Under the pieces are notes generated by a model, which saw nothing but the letters and a program-made list of their open reading frames with translations, searched no databases and was not told where the DNA came from. The translations under genes and the position numbers were made by a program. A DNA stretch of 63,252 nucleotides, the filler included, from Candidatus Rokuibacteriota bacterium (lineage in GTDB: Bacteria > JAUVQV01 > DATDCY01), in NCBI GenBank assembly GCA_031406795.1. It is 9 parts of 9 records of this genome, joined end to end, with 100 filler letters (N's around TTAATTAATTAA, not from the genome) between each part and the next. Parts side by side here need not be neighbours in the genome. Positions count along the whole stretch, not along the records: positions 14,841 to 29,852 come from JANOHV010000132.1; 8 more parts are not named here. One strand, written 5' to 3'. Positions 18,900 to 28,451 of this stretch are shown here, piece by piece. Every line of letters begins with the position of its first letter. Position 1 is the first letter of the stretch.

Positions 18900-19900
18900 G
18901 GATCGGGATCGCCTTCAACCTGCGCGACGACGTCCCCTCCCCCCCCGGGGCCCCCGTCGACCACGCCGAGGAATTCGACTCGCCCACCACCATCGCGGCC
19001 CTCGAGGAAGTGCTCGCGTCGGCCGGACACGCCGTCGAGCGGCTCGGTTTCGGGCGGCCGCTGCTGGAACGCCTGCTCGCCGACCCGCCGGACCTGGTCT
19101 TCAACATCGCCGAGGGCCTCAGCGGGCGCAGCCGCGAAGCGCAGGTCCCGGCGGTCTGCGAGATGCTCGGCGTGCCCTGCACCGGTTCCGACCCGCTGAC
19201 GCTCGCGCTCACGCTGGACAAGGACCTGGCCAAGCGCGTGGTCGCATCCCGCGGGCTCGCGACGCCGCGACACCTGCTCGTCGAGCGGCTCGCCGAGCTG
19301 CCCGGCGGCGCCGCGCCCGGCGGCCTGGTCTTCCCGCTGATCGTCAAACCGGCCTGGGAGGGTTCGAGCAAAGGAGTCCGGCTGGCCTCCCGGGTGACGG
19401 ACCACGCCGCACTGCGCGAGCAGGTCGGTTTTGTGCTCGAGGGGTACGGCGGTCCGGCGCTGATCGAGGAGTTCTGCGAGGGCGAGGAGTTCACGGTCGG
19501 GGTCCTCGGCAACGAGTCGCCCCGGGTCATCGGGGTAATGCAGATCCGCCATCGCACCCTGCCGGCCGACGAGTTTCTCTACTCGCTCGAGGTCAAGCGT
19601 GACTGGGAAAACCAGGTCGAGTATCTCGTGCCCCCCCCGGTGTCGGCGCGGCTCCTCGCCGAACTTGAGGGGCTTGCGCTGGGGTGCTATCACGCGCTCG
19701 GCTGCCGCGACGTCTCGCGCGTCGACCTGCGCCTCAAAGGCGGGGTGCCCCATTTCATCGAGGTCAATCCCCTCCCCGGGCTCTCGCCGACTTACGGCGA
19801 TCTGCCGATTCTCGCCGGGCGCATGGGCTGGACGCATCGGGAGCTGGTCCTGGCGATCGTGCGGCACGCGGCCGAACGAAGCGGCCTCAAACAAGTCTGA
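18896..19900 (+). CDS. D-Ala-D-Ala-ligase-like ATP-grasp enzyme 1
   Basis: VFNIAEG, VKPAWEGSSKG, SRVDLR, EVNPLPG. Confidence 0.88.
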   Translation: MRIGIAFNLRDDVPSPPGAPVDHAEEFDSPTTIAALEEVLASAGHAVERLGFGRPLLERLLADPPDLVFNIAEGLSGRSREAQVPAVCEMLGVPCTGSDPLTLALTLDKDLAKRVVASRGLATPRHLLVERLAELPGGAAPGGLVFPLIVKPAWEGSSKGVRLASRVTDHAALREQVGFVLEGYGGPALIEEFCEGEEFTVGVLGNESPRVIGVMQIRHRTLPADEFLYSLEVKRDWENQVEYLVPPPVSARLLAELEGLALGCYHALGCRDVSRVDLRLKGGVPHFIEVNPLPGLSPTYGDLPILAGRMGWTHRELVLAIVRHAAERSGLKQV

Positions 19901-19991
19901 CGCATCACGCAACTCAGCGTCGGCCTTTGGGAAGGGAACCACTCAGCGTGCAACATACCGGAAGAGTCGGAAAAGAAAGCGCCGCCGACAA

Positions 19992-20990
19992 ATGAGCCTC
20001 GGGCTCATCGTCATCGCACACAACGAGCTCGCCGACCCCCGGCGCCCCGGTCCGGCCGCCGAGCCGCACCTGATCCACGAAGAGATCCCGATCATCGACG
20101 AGGTGCTGCGCGCAGCCGGGTGGGAAACGCTCGCGCTCCCCGTCGGCGCCGACATTTTCGGAGCTCTCCACACGCTTGGGGCGCGACGCCCCCGCGCCGT
20201 GGTCAACCTCTGCGACGACCTGCTCGGCCGCAGCGACCACGAGATGCACTTCGCCGGCGCGCTGGAACTGCTGGGGATTCCCTACACCGGGGCCCCACCC
20301 CTCGCGCTCGGGCTGTGCCGCGACAAGGTCAAAACCAAACTGATCCTGCGCGGGCACGGCGTCCCGACCGCGCCGTTCGTGCTGGTCGATGAGCCGGAGA
20401 CCCCGCTCGAGCTGCTGCGCTTCCCGGTGATCGTCAAGCCCGCCGCCGAGGATGGCAGCCTCGGGATCACGGATGCCAGCGTGGCCGCGGACGAGACCGC
20501 CGCGCAGCGCGCCATCGCGGCGGGGCTCCAGGCGTACGGCCCGGTGCTCGTCGAGGAGTACATCGAGGGCCGCGAACTCAATGTGCCGGTGTTCGGCAAC
20601 GACCCGCCGCGCGTGCTCCCCATTTCCGAAATCGATTTCAGCGGACTGGCTCCCGGGTTGCCGCGCATCTGCGGCTACGAGGCCAAGTGGGAGCCGGCCG
20701 ATGCGCGCTATGGCGGCACCGTGGGAATCTGCCCCGCGGACCTCACCGGGCAGCTGCGAGACCGGATCGAGCACTGGTCCGCGCTCGCCTTCCGGGTGCT
20801 CGGCCTGCGCGACTACGCCCGCATCGACTGGCGCCTCTCGCCGACACGGGGCCTGATGGCGCTCGAGGCGAACCCGAACCCCGACATCTCGCCGAGTTCG
20901 GGCTTCCTGCGGTCCGTCCGCGCCGCGGGCATGGACTACCCGCAGTTCATCGCACAACTGGTCGAGCAGACGCTCGCCCGCGCCCGATGA
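19992..20990 (+). CDS. D-Ala-D-Ala-ligase-like ATP-grasp enzyme 2
   Basis: VKPAAEDGSLG, EEYIEGRE, YARIDWR, EANPNPD. Confidence 0.88.
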   Translation: MSLGLIVIAHNELADPRRPGPAAEPHLIHEEIPIIDEVLRAAGWETLALPVGADIFGALHTLGARRPRAVVNLCDDLLGRSDHEMHFAGALELLGIPYTGAPPLALGLCRDKVKTKLILRGHGVPTAPFVLVDEPETPLELLRFPVIVKPAAEDGSLGITDASVAADETAAQRAIAAGLQAYGPVLVEEYIEGRELNVPVFGNDPPRVLPISEIDFSGLAPGLPRICGYEAKWEPADARYGGTVGICPADLTGQLRDRIEHWSALAFRVLGLRDYARIDWRLSPTRGLMALEANPNPDISPSSGFLRSVRAAGMDYPQFIAQLVEQTLARAR

Positions 20991-21592
20991 ACAGGATGGC
21001 TGCCAGACTCCTCGTTCTCGCCTGCCTTCTCGCGGCGGTCCCCGCCGGCGCGCAGGGACTCGACCCGCAACTCCAGGAGATCCGGACGCTGATCCGGGAG
21101 AAGCGCTACCCCCTGGCTCTGGAGAGCCTGCGCCTCGTCGGCCGGCAGATCCAGGAGTTGCGCCTGGAGTCGGTCGCCGCCGCCTTCCCCGCCGCTCCGA
21201 ACGGCTGGACCGCCCTGCCGCCGCTGAGCCTCCTCGAGGAGGACGAGATCTGGAGCAATCGCATTGCCGCGCAGCGTTCCTACGTCGGCTCCCCGGGTCC
21301 GGCGCGCGTCGACCTCACGATCGACGTGCACTCGCCGTACGGACCGGCAGTCGCGTTGAGCTTCAACCCGATACTGCTGACGGCCGATCCCCTGTCCCGT
21401 CTCGTCCCGATCGGCGCCGAAAACGCGCTGGTGCGTTTCAACCCCGACACCGGCGAGGGCGAACTTCGCGTGCTCGTCGGGCGGGAAACTCTCGTCACTG
21501 CCCGGGGGCGCGGGGTCCGCTCCCCCGAAATCCTCATCGAGATCGCCCGCAGGGTGGATTTCGTCCTGCTGCGCCATGCCGCGGGTCTGTAG
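20987..21592 (+). CDS. Exported hypothetical protein
   Basis: Signal peptide ending AGA-Q; ATGA overlap with the upstream gene. Confidence 0.65.
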   Translation: MNRMAARLLVLACLLAAVPAGAQGLDPQLQEIRTLIREKRYPLALESLRLVGRQIQELRLESVAAAFPAAPNGWTALPPLSLLEEDEIWSNRIAAQRSYVGSPGPARVDLTIDVHSPYGPAVALSFNPILLTADPLSRLVPIGAENALVRFNPDTGEGELRVLVGRETLVTARGRGVRSPEILIEIARRVDFVLLRHAAGL

Positions 21593-21612
21593 GAGGCTGG
21601 TATAATCCGGGG

Positions 21613-22539
21613 ATGGAAAGTCGCCCCGTGACGATACCGCTCTCAGCCGGATCCCGCCTCGCGGCGGCTCTCTTGCTGCTCGCCGCGCTCGCGGCGCTCA
21701 CCGGCTGCGCCGGGCACGCCAACGGGCTTGCGGCCTGGCCCCCGGCGGATGGCGTGCGGCCCCGGGTTGGCCTCGCCCTCGGCGGCGGCGGCGCCCGCGG
21801 CTTCGCCGAGATCGGCGTCATCCGGGCGCTCGTCCGCGAGAAGGTCCCGATCGACATCGTCGTCGGCACGTCGGTCGGCAGCCTGATCGGCGCTCTGTAC
21901 GCCGACACCGGCAAGAGCCTCGACCTGGAGTTCTCCGCACTGCTGGTGACCAACGAGGATCTCTTCGACTACAAGGCGCTGGCGATCCTCTCCGGCGGCT
22001 TCGTCAAGGGTGATCGGCTCGAGGAATTCCTCGGCGAACGGCTGAAAAACCGGGACATCGAGAAGATGGCGCTGCCTTTCGCCGCAGTGGCGACGGATCT
22101 GCGGACAGGAACGACGGTGGTTTTCAGCCGCGGCCCGGTCGCGCGCGCCGTGCACGCTTCCGCGGCCGTCCCCGGGGTTTTCGTGCCGGTGACGATCGAT
22201 GGGCAGACGCTGGTCGACGGCGCGGTGACCAACCCGGTGCCGGCCGATGTCGCCCGCTCGCTCGGCGCGGACATCGTGATCGCGGTGGCCATACCTTCGG
22301 CCGTGCCGGCCAAGGCGCCGGTCACGCCGATCGAAGTCGCCTACCACGCGGTGACCGTCATGGCCGCTGAAATCGGCCGGCTGCGCGCCCGCGAGGCCGA
22401 TGTGGTGATCACGCCGGACGTCGGCGACACCGCCTATGACGATTTCACGGAAAAGAAGCAGCTCATCGAGGCGGGTGAAGCCGCCACCCTCGCCGCGCTT
22501 CCGGCGATCAAAGCGGCGATTTCACGAAAGACCCGGTAG
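21613..22539 (+). CDS. Patatin-like phospholipase lipoprotein
   Basis: Lipobox LTGC; GGGGARG, GTSVG, DGA motifs. Confidence 0.92.
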   Translation: MESRPVTIPLSAGSRLAAALLLLAALAALTGCAGHANGLAAWPPADGVRPRVGLALGGGGARGFAEIGVIRALVREKVPIDIVVGTSVGSLIGALYADTGKSLDLEFSALLVTNEDLFDYKALAILSGGFVKGDRLEEFLGERLKNRDIEKMALPFAAVATDLRTGTTVVFSRGPVARAVHASAAVPGVFVPVTIDGQTLVDGAVTNPVPADVARSLGADIVIAVAIPSAVPAKAPVTPIEVAYHAVTVMAAEIGRLRAREADVVITPDVGDTAYDDFTEKKQLIEAGEAATLAALPAIKAAISRKTR

Positions 22540-22577
22540 CTTTTGGCCCGAAACTCAAACCTGGGAGGAGAACGAAC

Positions 22578-22802
22578 ATGAAGAAGCTGTTGATCTCGAT
22601 TACCGCGGCGCTGCTGCTGACGCTGCCGGCGGCCTGCATGCACCATGGCTACCGCGGCGGTCCGGGAGGACCTGGTTGCCAGAAGCACAAGGATAGCGAG
22701 TGCAAATGCCATCAGCGGCAGGACTGCCCCAAGCCGGATTGTCCGAGCAAGCCGGATTGTCCGCAGACACGGCATCAGGAGCCGCCCCCGCCGGCCAAGT
22801 AG
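22578..22802 (+). CDS. Small Cys/His/Pro-rich lipoprotein
   Basis: GGAGG RBS; signal peptide ending PAAC; DCP repeats. Confidence 0.75.
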   Translation: MKKLLISITAALLLTLPAACMHHGYRGGPGGPGCQKHKDSECKCHQRQDCPKPDCPSKPDCPQTRHQEPPPPAK

Positions 22803-22897
22803 AAACCTCCGTCGAGCCCGCCCGGGTGCCGCGATTCCAAGGGGTGCCCGGGTGGGTACATTGCACCGGGCAACGCCCACGGCTGTGCTAATGAGAG

Positions 22898-24349
22898 GTG
22901 TGTCTGATGCGCACGGGGGGGAAGTTCTCTTGGTCCGGCGGGTCACGGTCAACCCTCGGCCTCCTGCTCCCGGCTCTCGCGTGCGGATGCCTGCTCTTTG
23001 CCGCGTTCTCCTGGCACCGCTCGCATCTGATTCCCCGAGACGCCGACTTCGAAAGAGCGCAGTGGCTGCTGACCGGCGACGAGCCGGGCTACCTGCTGCT
23101 CGCCCAAGCTATCGCGGCGGGTGACGGCCTCGATGTCCGGCCGTCCCATCTGCGCAGTTCATTTCTCACGTTCCAGTCGAGAGCCGTGATCGGGCCGGAC
23201 CAGTGGACATGGGAAGCCTACCGGACGCTCGGTTTCAAGCCCTGGCTCGACCGATCGAAGTCCTGGGGCGACCGCCAGATCCTGCCCCGCCTGCCTCTGT
23301 TCTCCGCTGCCGTTTCACCGCTGGTCAGGCAGACCTCACATCTGCGCTGGCTCATCGGCTGTCTTCAGGCCCTTCTCGTTGCAGGCACGGCCGTGATGCT
23401 CGCGGCCTTCGCCGCGCGTGACAACCCGAAAGCGGGCATCCACTCGGCAGCGGGGCTGCTCTTTGTCCTGGGGAGCATCCCCATAGCGTATTACACGACG
23501 CAAATGTTCCCGGAAACCCTTGCCGGCCTGTTGCTGCTGTGCGCCTTGGCCTGGCGCGCCCGCAGCTTGCGGGTCGCCGGCCTCGTGGGAAACACCCTGC
23601 TGGTTCTTGCCCTCTGGACGACGCCGCGGGTCGCGGCTGGGATCCTCGCGGCGACGGTGGTGCTGGCGGTCCATGACTGGCGGAAACATCGATATGCCAA
23701 TGTCGGCACGCTTGTCCTCGGGTGGCTTGTTTTCATCTGCTGGAACCTGTGGGTCTGGGGCTCCTGGATGCAACCGAACCAGAACGCGGCCAGCCAGAAC
23801 AGCCTGGCATTTTTTCCGCAAGGAGTCCTCCGGTTCTTTTTGGGCAACGACGTCGGGATCATCTTTCTCAGTCCGGTGATGTGGGTCTGCCTCGTCGCCG
23901 GTGTCGTCAACCTGATGCTGCTCAGGAATCATCTCGATCTCGCCTGGGCCGCTCTGTTCGCGGGAATTCTCGCGGTCGTCGCCTCGTTTCCCGACGTCCG
24001 GGCGGGAACCTGTCCGGCGGGGCGGTATCAGGTCATCCCGGCGTACCTTCTCGCCTTTCCCCTGATCCGTCTCTTGTGCAGCGACCTGACTGTCTGGCGA
24101 CGGCGACTGGTGCCGCTGCTGTACGTGCTCGGCATACCGGGGCTGGCGATGGCCCTGGTGGTCGCAACCCGCCCGTCGTTCTGGTTTCGGCGCTACCACC
24201 CGCTGTTCGGTTTCGAGGAATTCCGACGGTTCTACGCACTCCTGCCGCCGGCGCAAGGGCCGGCTCTCTTGTGGCTGAGCTTGGCCTGGCTCGGCGGGCT
24301 GTTCCTGCTTCTTTGGTTGTCCCGGCTGAAAAGAGGCGGCACGGGCTGA
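22898..24349 (+). CDS. Polytopic membrane protein, GT-C glycosyltransferase-like
   Basis: GDEP.YL after the first TM helix, FPE and GRY motifs, many TM segments. Confidence 0.6.
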   Translation: MCLMRTGGKFSWSGGSRSTLGLLLPALACGCLLFAAFSWHRSHLIPRDADFERAQWLLTGDEPGYLLLAQAIAAGDGLDVRPSHLRSSFLTFQSRAVIGPDQWTWEAYRTLGFKPWLDRSKSWGDRQILPRLPLFSAAVSPLVRQTSHLRWLIGCLQALLVAGTAVMLAAFAARDNPKAGIHSAAGLLFVLGSIPIAYYTTQMFPETLAGLLLLCALAWRARSLRVAGLVGNTLLVLALWTTPRVAAGILAATVVLAVHDWRKHRYANVGTLVLGWLVFICWNLWVWGSWMQPNQNAASQNSLAFFPQGVLRFFLGNDVGIIFLSPVMWVCLVAGVVNLMLLRNHLDLAWAALFAGILAVVASFPDVRAGTCPAGRYQVIPAYLLAFPLIRLLCSDLTVWRRRLVPLLYVLGIPGLAMALVVATRPSFWFRRYHPLFGFEEFRRFYALLPPAQGPALLWLSLAWLGGLFLLLWLSRLKRGGTG

Positions 24350-24417
24350 CGCGGGCGGGAACCCCGTTCGATACCCGCGCGCATCGTCTGCCGCAAGCGT
24401 GTCCTGTTAGCTGCCTC

Positions 24418-25542
24418 TCAGGCAATAACGGCGGAGTCCACCACGAGCGGCGACAGTCGCGCCGGGGAGATGGTGATCCCGAGGCCCGGCGTCCGCTGTA
24501 CGACGGCATCTCCGCCCTGTCCGAATTCGAACGGCTCGTCGGTCACGTCGTGTTCCAGCAGTCGGGTGCCATACGACCCTTCGAGAGCCTCGTATCCGGG
24601 CAGCGTCGCCGCGAGCAGTCGGCCGGCTGCCGAGAGCAACGACGATTCACCGACCTGGCACCCGACCTGCACCCGCACCCCGCTCTCCCCGGCGACGCGG
24701 GCGATCCGCTGGCACGCGGCCAGCCCGCCGAGCTTCGAGAGACGAAGGTTGAAGAGTCGGTAGCCGCCCTGCTGCACGAGCGCGTGAGCCTCCTCCGCGG
24801 TTGTCAGCGACTCGTCCGCCATCAGGGGGATCGCGCTGCTGCCGGCCAGCGCCGGGATCTCGTGCTCGCGCCCGCGAGCCAGCGGCTGCTCGACCCACGC
24901 GACGGCGAAGCGCTCCATCGCCCGCAGGTGCCCGATCGCCGCTGCCAGGTCCCAGCTCCCGTTGGCATCCACGGCGATCGTCACGGCATCTCCGAGCAGG
25001 CTGCGGGCCTCGGCAAGGGCCTCCTGCCAGATCTCCCCCTCGGCCTTGATCTTGAGATGGCGCACGCCGAGTTCCCGCACGCCGCAAAGGAACGCGGCGG
25101 TCTCGGTGCGTTCCAGCAGCGGGAGGACGACCGAGTACCGGACCGACTCCCGCCGCCGACCGCCGAGCCACCATGCCGCCGACCGGTTGAACGACCTGCC
25201 GGCGAGGTCGAACAGGGCGAGTTCCGCGGCGCAGCAGCAGGTCTGGGTGCCCGGTGTCGGCGCAAGGAGCCCGGCGAGCGCCGGCAGCAGCTCCCCCGGC
25301 TCTTCGATGACGGTTCCGATGAGTGAGGGCAGCAGGACCTGCGCCAGGTGCGCGAACGAGGTTTCGGCGGCTTCCCCGGTCACATAATCTCGGGGCACGC
25401 CCTCGCCCCAGCCTTCGTTCCCCTCCTCGTCGCGGAGCCTGACGACCAGGTTCAGGCTCTCCCGCCTCGACGCGAGAGCGTGACGGACGCTCAGGCGCAG
25501 CGGCAGGCGAACGAGGAACGCCTCGGCCCGGCACAACCTCAT
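24418..25542 (-). CDS. Enolase-superfamily enzyme (muconate cycloisomerase/dipeptide epimerase-like)
   Basis: GWGE, KIK, DAN, EQP, DES; Arg in NLRLSK. Confidence 0.85.
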   Translation of the reverse strand: MRLCRAEAFLVRLPLRLSVRHALASRRESLNLVVRLRDEEGNEGWGEGVPRDYVTGEAAETSFAHLAQVLLPSLIGTVIEEPGELLPALAGLLAPTPGTQTCCCAAELALFDLAGRSFNRSAAWWLGGRRRESVRYSVVLPLLERTETAAFLCGVRELGVRHLKIKAEGEIWQEALAEARSLLGDAVTIAVDANGSWDLAAAIGHLRAMERFAVAWVEQPLARGREHEIPALAGSSAIPLMADESLTTAEEAHALVQQGGYRLFNLRLSKLGGLAACQRIARVAGESGVRVQVGCQVGESSLLSAAGRLLAATLPGYEALEGSYGTRLLEHDVTDEPFEFGQGGDAVVQRTPGLGITISPARLSPLVVDSAVIA

Positions 25543-26447
25543 GCCGGCTGCAGCTGGTCGAGAAGGTGCAGTTCTTTCCAGATATACCAGTGATCGGGGG
25601 CGCCGTAGATGTAGTGCTCCAGCCGTTTCAGCAGCTGCGCATCCGGACCAAGGCCGGTGGGGGCGGCGTGGTGCTCCTGCGGCGATTCGAGGACGAGTTG
25701 ATAGTTCATCGCGCCGACCCGCTCCATCAGCGCGAGCAGGACCGGCGCTCCCGTGCGCCGGTGCAGCAGATCCACCGTGCGGTCCAGGGCGACCCGCCGA
25801 CCGAAGAAGTTCATCACCTTGTTCGCGGTGGGCTTCCACGAGGACATCTCGTCGAGTTCGGTGATGAAAATTCTCCCGCCGCGCAGCGCCGCGAGCGCCC
25901 GGGTCATCACGGCCCCCTCCCCGGCGTCGAGGGGCTCGACACCGGCCCGCCGGGCGATCCCTTCCATGGTTGTCTTCAGCTGCCGGGTCTGGTACTTGAC
26001 GACCATGGTGATCGGGTACCCACGAAACGCGAGCGAGCCCGGCAGGAACTCCACCGCGCCGAAGTGACCGGTGGAGAGGATCACGCCCCGGCCGTCAGCC
26101 AGCGCGGCATCGAGCAGGTCCGCGTGAACCAGCGTGACGTGCCTCAACAGATACGCCCGCACCCGTTCATAGCCCCAGTAGGCGGAGAGCATCTTCTCGA
26201 AATAGTGGTCGAAGATGCCGTGGATCACGCGCTTTTCCAGGTCGGCATCGAACTTGCGGCTCACGTGCGAGGCGCAGTACGTCTCCCGCAGCGCCCGCAG
26301 GTAGAGACTGCGCTCCAGCGGTTTCCGGCGAAAATACAGCCGGCCCAGCAGGCGGACGTAGCTGCGCAGCACGCGCGGCGGATACCAGGCAAAGACCGCC
26401 GCATTGACGGGAGCCTGGAAGAACCGGCTCAGGTTTGCTGCAGGCAT
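25539..26447 (-). CDS. Lysophospholipid/LpxL-type acyltransferase
   Basis: GRGVIL.TGHFGAVE (Hx4E), FFG, PDHWY. Confidence 0.85.
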   Translation of the reverse strand: MPAANLSRFFQAPVNAAVFAWYPPRVLRSYVRLLGRLYFRRKPLERSLYLRALRETYCASHVSRKFDADLEKRVIHGIFDHYFEKMLSAYWGYERVRAYLLRHVTLVHADLLDAALADGRGVILSTGHFGAVEFLPGSLAFRGYPITMVVKYQTRQLKTTMEGIARRAGVEPLDAGEGAVMTRALAALRGGRIFITELDEMSSWKPTANKVMNFFGRRVALDRTVDLLHRRTGAPVLLALMERVGAMNYQLVLESPQEHHAAPTGLGPDAQLLKRLEHYIYGAPDHWYIWKELHLLDQLQPA

Positions 26448-28264
26448 ATCAGCGGAGAAGTGCTGCGCGGGATCGCGTTGGTCTCACGCAGCTTGAGGAA
26501 ACTCTCCACAAGATACGGGTCGAACTGTTTGCCCCGGTTCTCCACCAGCTCCCGGACCACGACCTCTTCCGGGAGGGGAACCCGGTACGGACGGGTCGTG
26601 GTCATCGCGTCGTAGCTGTCCGCGATCGCGAGGATCCGCGCCTCCAGCGGGATCCCGTCGCCGGCGAGCCGGTCCGGGTAGCCCAGGCCGTCATAGCGCT
26701 CGTGGTGGCTGCGGATGATCCGGGCGATGTCGCCGAGACCCTTGAGCGGCCGGATAATCGTCTCGCCGATCACCGGGTGGTGCTTGATCGCGTCGTGTTC
26801 GTCCTGGTCCAGCCGACCCGGCTTGTGCAGGATCTTCTCGGTGATGCCGATCTTGCCGATGTCGTGAATCATGCAGGCCAGTTTGAGGTTCAGCAGTTGT
26901 TTCTCCGAAACGCCGACCTCGGCGGCCAGCCGCGCGGAGTAATCCGCGACGCGCTCGGAGTGCCCGTGCGTGTAGGGGTCCTTCGCCTCGACCGCCTTGG
27001 CCAGAGCCTGGATGGCGTCGAGAGAAGCCTGCTCCAGGCTCTGGTAGAGACGCGAGTTCTCGAGCGCCACCGCGACGTGATTGCCGAAACCGGCCAGGGA
27101 GTCGAGGTCCTCCTGGGTGATCGGCGCGTGCCGCCCCGCCCGATCGGCGGCCAGCACGCCGATCACCTTCCCGCGACTGATCAGCGGGACGATCAGGAAG
27201 GAAGTCGGCGAGAACGCCTTGAGCAGCAGATTCTTCTGGTTGAGGCCGTGATGCGCGACGTCGTCGACCAGGACCGGCTTGCCGGAATTGAAGCTCCGCA
27301 CCAGGATGTTGTTGGTGCGGTTGAGCGGGACCCGGTAACCGCCGAACTGCTTCATCATCTCGATCTCGCCGCCCGAGGAGGCGGCCGTGACGAGACTCTG
27401 CTCATCCTCGTCGAGCAGCAAGATGATGCTGCGATCGTAGCCGAGGCTCGACGTCGTGAGCCGCATGATGACGTTCAGCAACTCCCGCCGGTCGAGCAGC
27501 GAGACGACGGCCTTCCCGGACTCGTGGATGGTCTCCAGCTCCTGGATCTTCTTGCGCAGCCGGCCCGTCAAGTCCTGGACTTCCCGGTACTTTTGCGAGA
27601 GCAGCTGCTTGTCCTCTTCGAGTTCCCGCACGGTGTCCTGGAAAAGACCGCGGGAGATGAAGAATTTCCTGAAGACCCCGAACGGGCGGGACACGGGCTG
27701 CCAGCGCAGCCGGTACTCGCAGCAGGCGCCGCCTTCGAACGCACACTCCGTCTCCATCACCGATGCGGGCTTGACCCCCCAGACCTGGGTGATCGCGCTG
27801 TAGATCCCCTGGTTGTACAGGCAGACGTCCTTGGAGTGCTCCATCCCGGGAAACCAGTCGAGCCGGAGCACGGCTTTGTCCCTGGTGAGCTCGATGAGCT
27901 CGACGCGCTTGGTCCGGTTGAACCGGTCGTTGACTTCCTGGGCCTTGCTCAAGCCTTGTGCCGGGGTCAGGAAGATGCGGAGAAAGATATTCTGGATGTA
28001 GCCGAACCGCCGGTGCACGACCGAGTCGTAGCCGATCTTGAAAGCGAGCTGCTCGTCGCCGAGATGCAGGCGCAGCCTGGCGAAGAGCCGGCTCACGGCG
28101 CCGGCGGACACCCAGTTGTTGCGGTCGGAGAGATACGCAAGGGGCTCTTCAAGAAGATCGAGCTCGGGGCAGAGCCCGGTGACGAATCGCCGGGGGTCGA
28201 TCGACTTGCGGGAGAGATAGTCCAGGATCGCGCGGGTGTTGAGACAACTCACCTCGGCCTTCAT
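26429..28264 (-). CDS. V4R-like sensor-GAF-HD-GYP phosphodiesterase
   Basis: C...ETEC..EG..CCEY V4R pattern; GAF; YTHGHS, HDIGKIG, HHERYDGLGYP. Confidence 0.85.
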   Translation of the reverse strand: MKAEVSCLNTRAILDYLSRKSIDPRRFVTGLCPELDLLEEPLAYLSDRNNWVSAGAVSRLFARLRLHLGDEQLAFKIGYDSVVHRRFGYIQNIFLRIFLTPAQGLSKAQEVNDRFNRTKRVELIELTRDKAVLRLDWFPGMEHSKDVCLYNQGIYSAITQVWGVKPASVMETECAFEGGACCEYRLRWQPVSRPFGVFRKFFISRGLFQDTVRELEEDKQLLSQKYREVQDLTGRLRKKIQELETIHESGKAVVSLLDRRELLNVIMRLTTSSLGYDRSIILLLDEDEQSLVTAASSGGEIEMMKQFGGYRVPLNRTNNILVRSFNSGKPVLVDDVAHHGLNQKNLLLKAFSPTSFLIVPLISRGKVIGVLAADRAGRHAPITQEDLDSLAGFGNHVAVALENSRLYQSLEQASLDAIQALAKAVEAKDPYTHGHSERVADYSARLAAEVGVSEKQLLNLKLACMIHDIGKIGITEKILHKPGRLDQDEHDAIKHHPVIGETIIRPLKGLGDIARIIRSHHERYDGLGYPDRLAGDGIPLEARILAIADSYDAMTTTRPYRVPLPEEVVVRELVENRGKQFDPYLVESFLKLRETNAIPRSTSPLICLQQT

Positions 28265-28451
28265 CCGCGCGCCCCCCTCCCAGCCCCTCTATCAAGCCTT
28301 CGGCGAGGCCGAAGGCCGCCAGTCATTAGGTTTCCAGACCCATACGCTATCATGAGAATGGTTTATGTCAAGAAATTCTGTCAGTGACAGCCATCACCGA
28401 CACGAACGCGGCAAATGTGGGCGAATTCACTGCCCGAGTCGGCAGGGAGCG

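Noticed and set aside
18896-20990. Ligases as housekeeping ddl or van resistance genes
   Set aside because: They lack the N-terminal Ddl motif and have no mur or van neighbours.
26435-28387. Long antisense or alternate-frame ORFs (also 2794-4353, 14785-16566, 31479-33359, 33988-35805, 43549-45210, 50159-51862)
   Set aside because: Shadow ORFs of real genes, caused by high GC content; no recognisable motifs.
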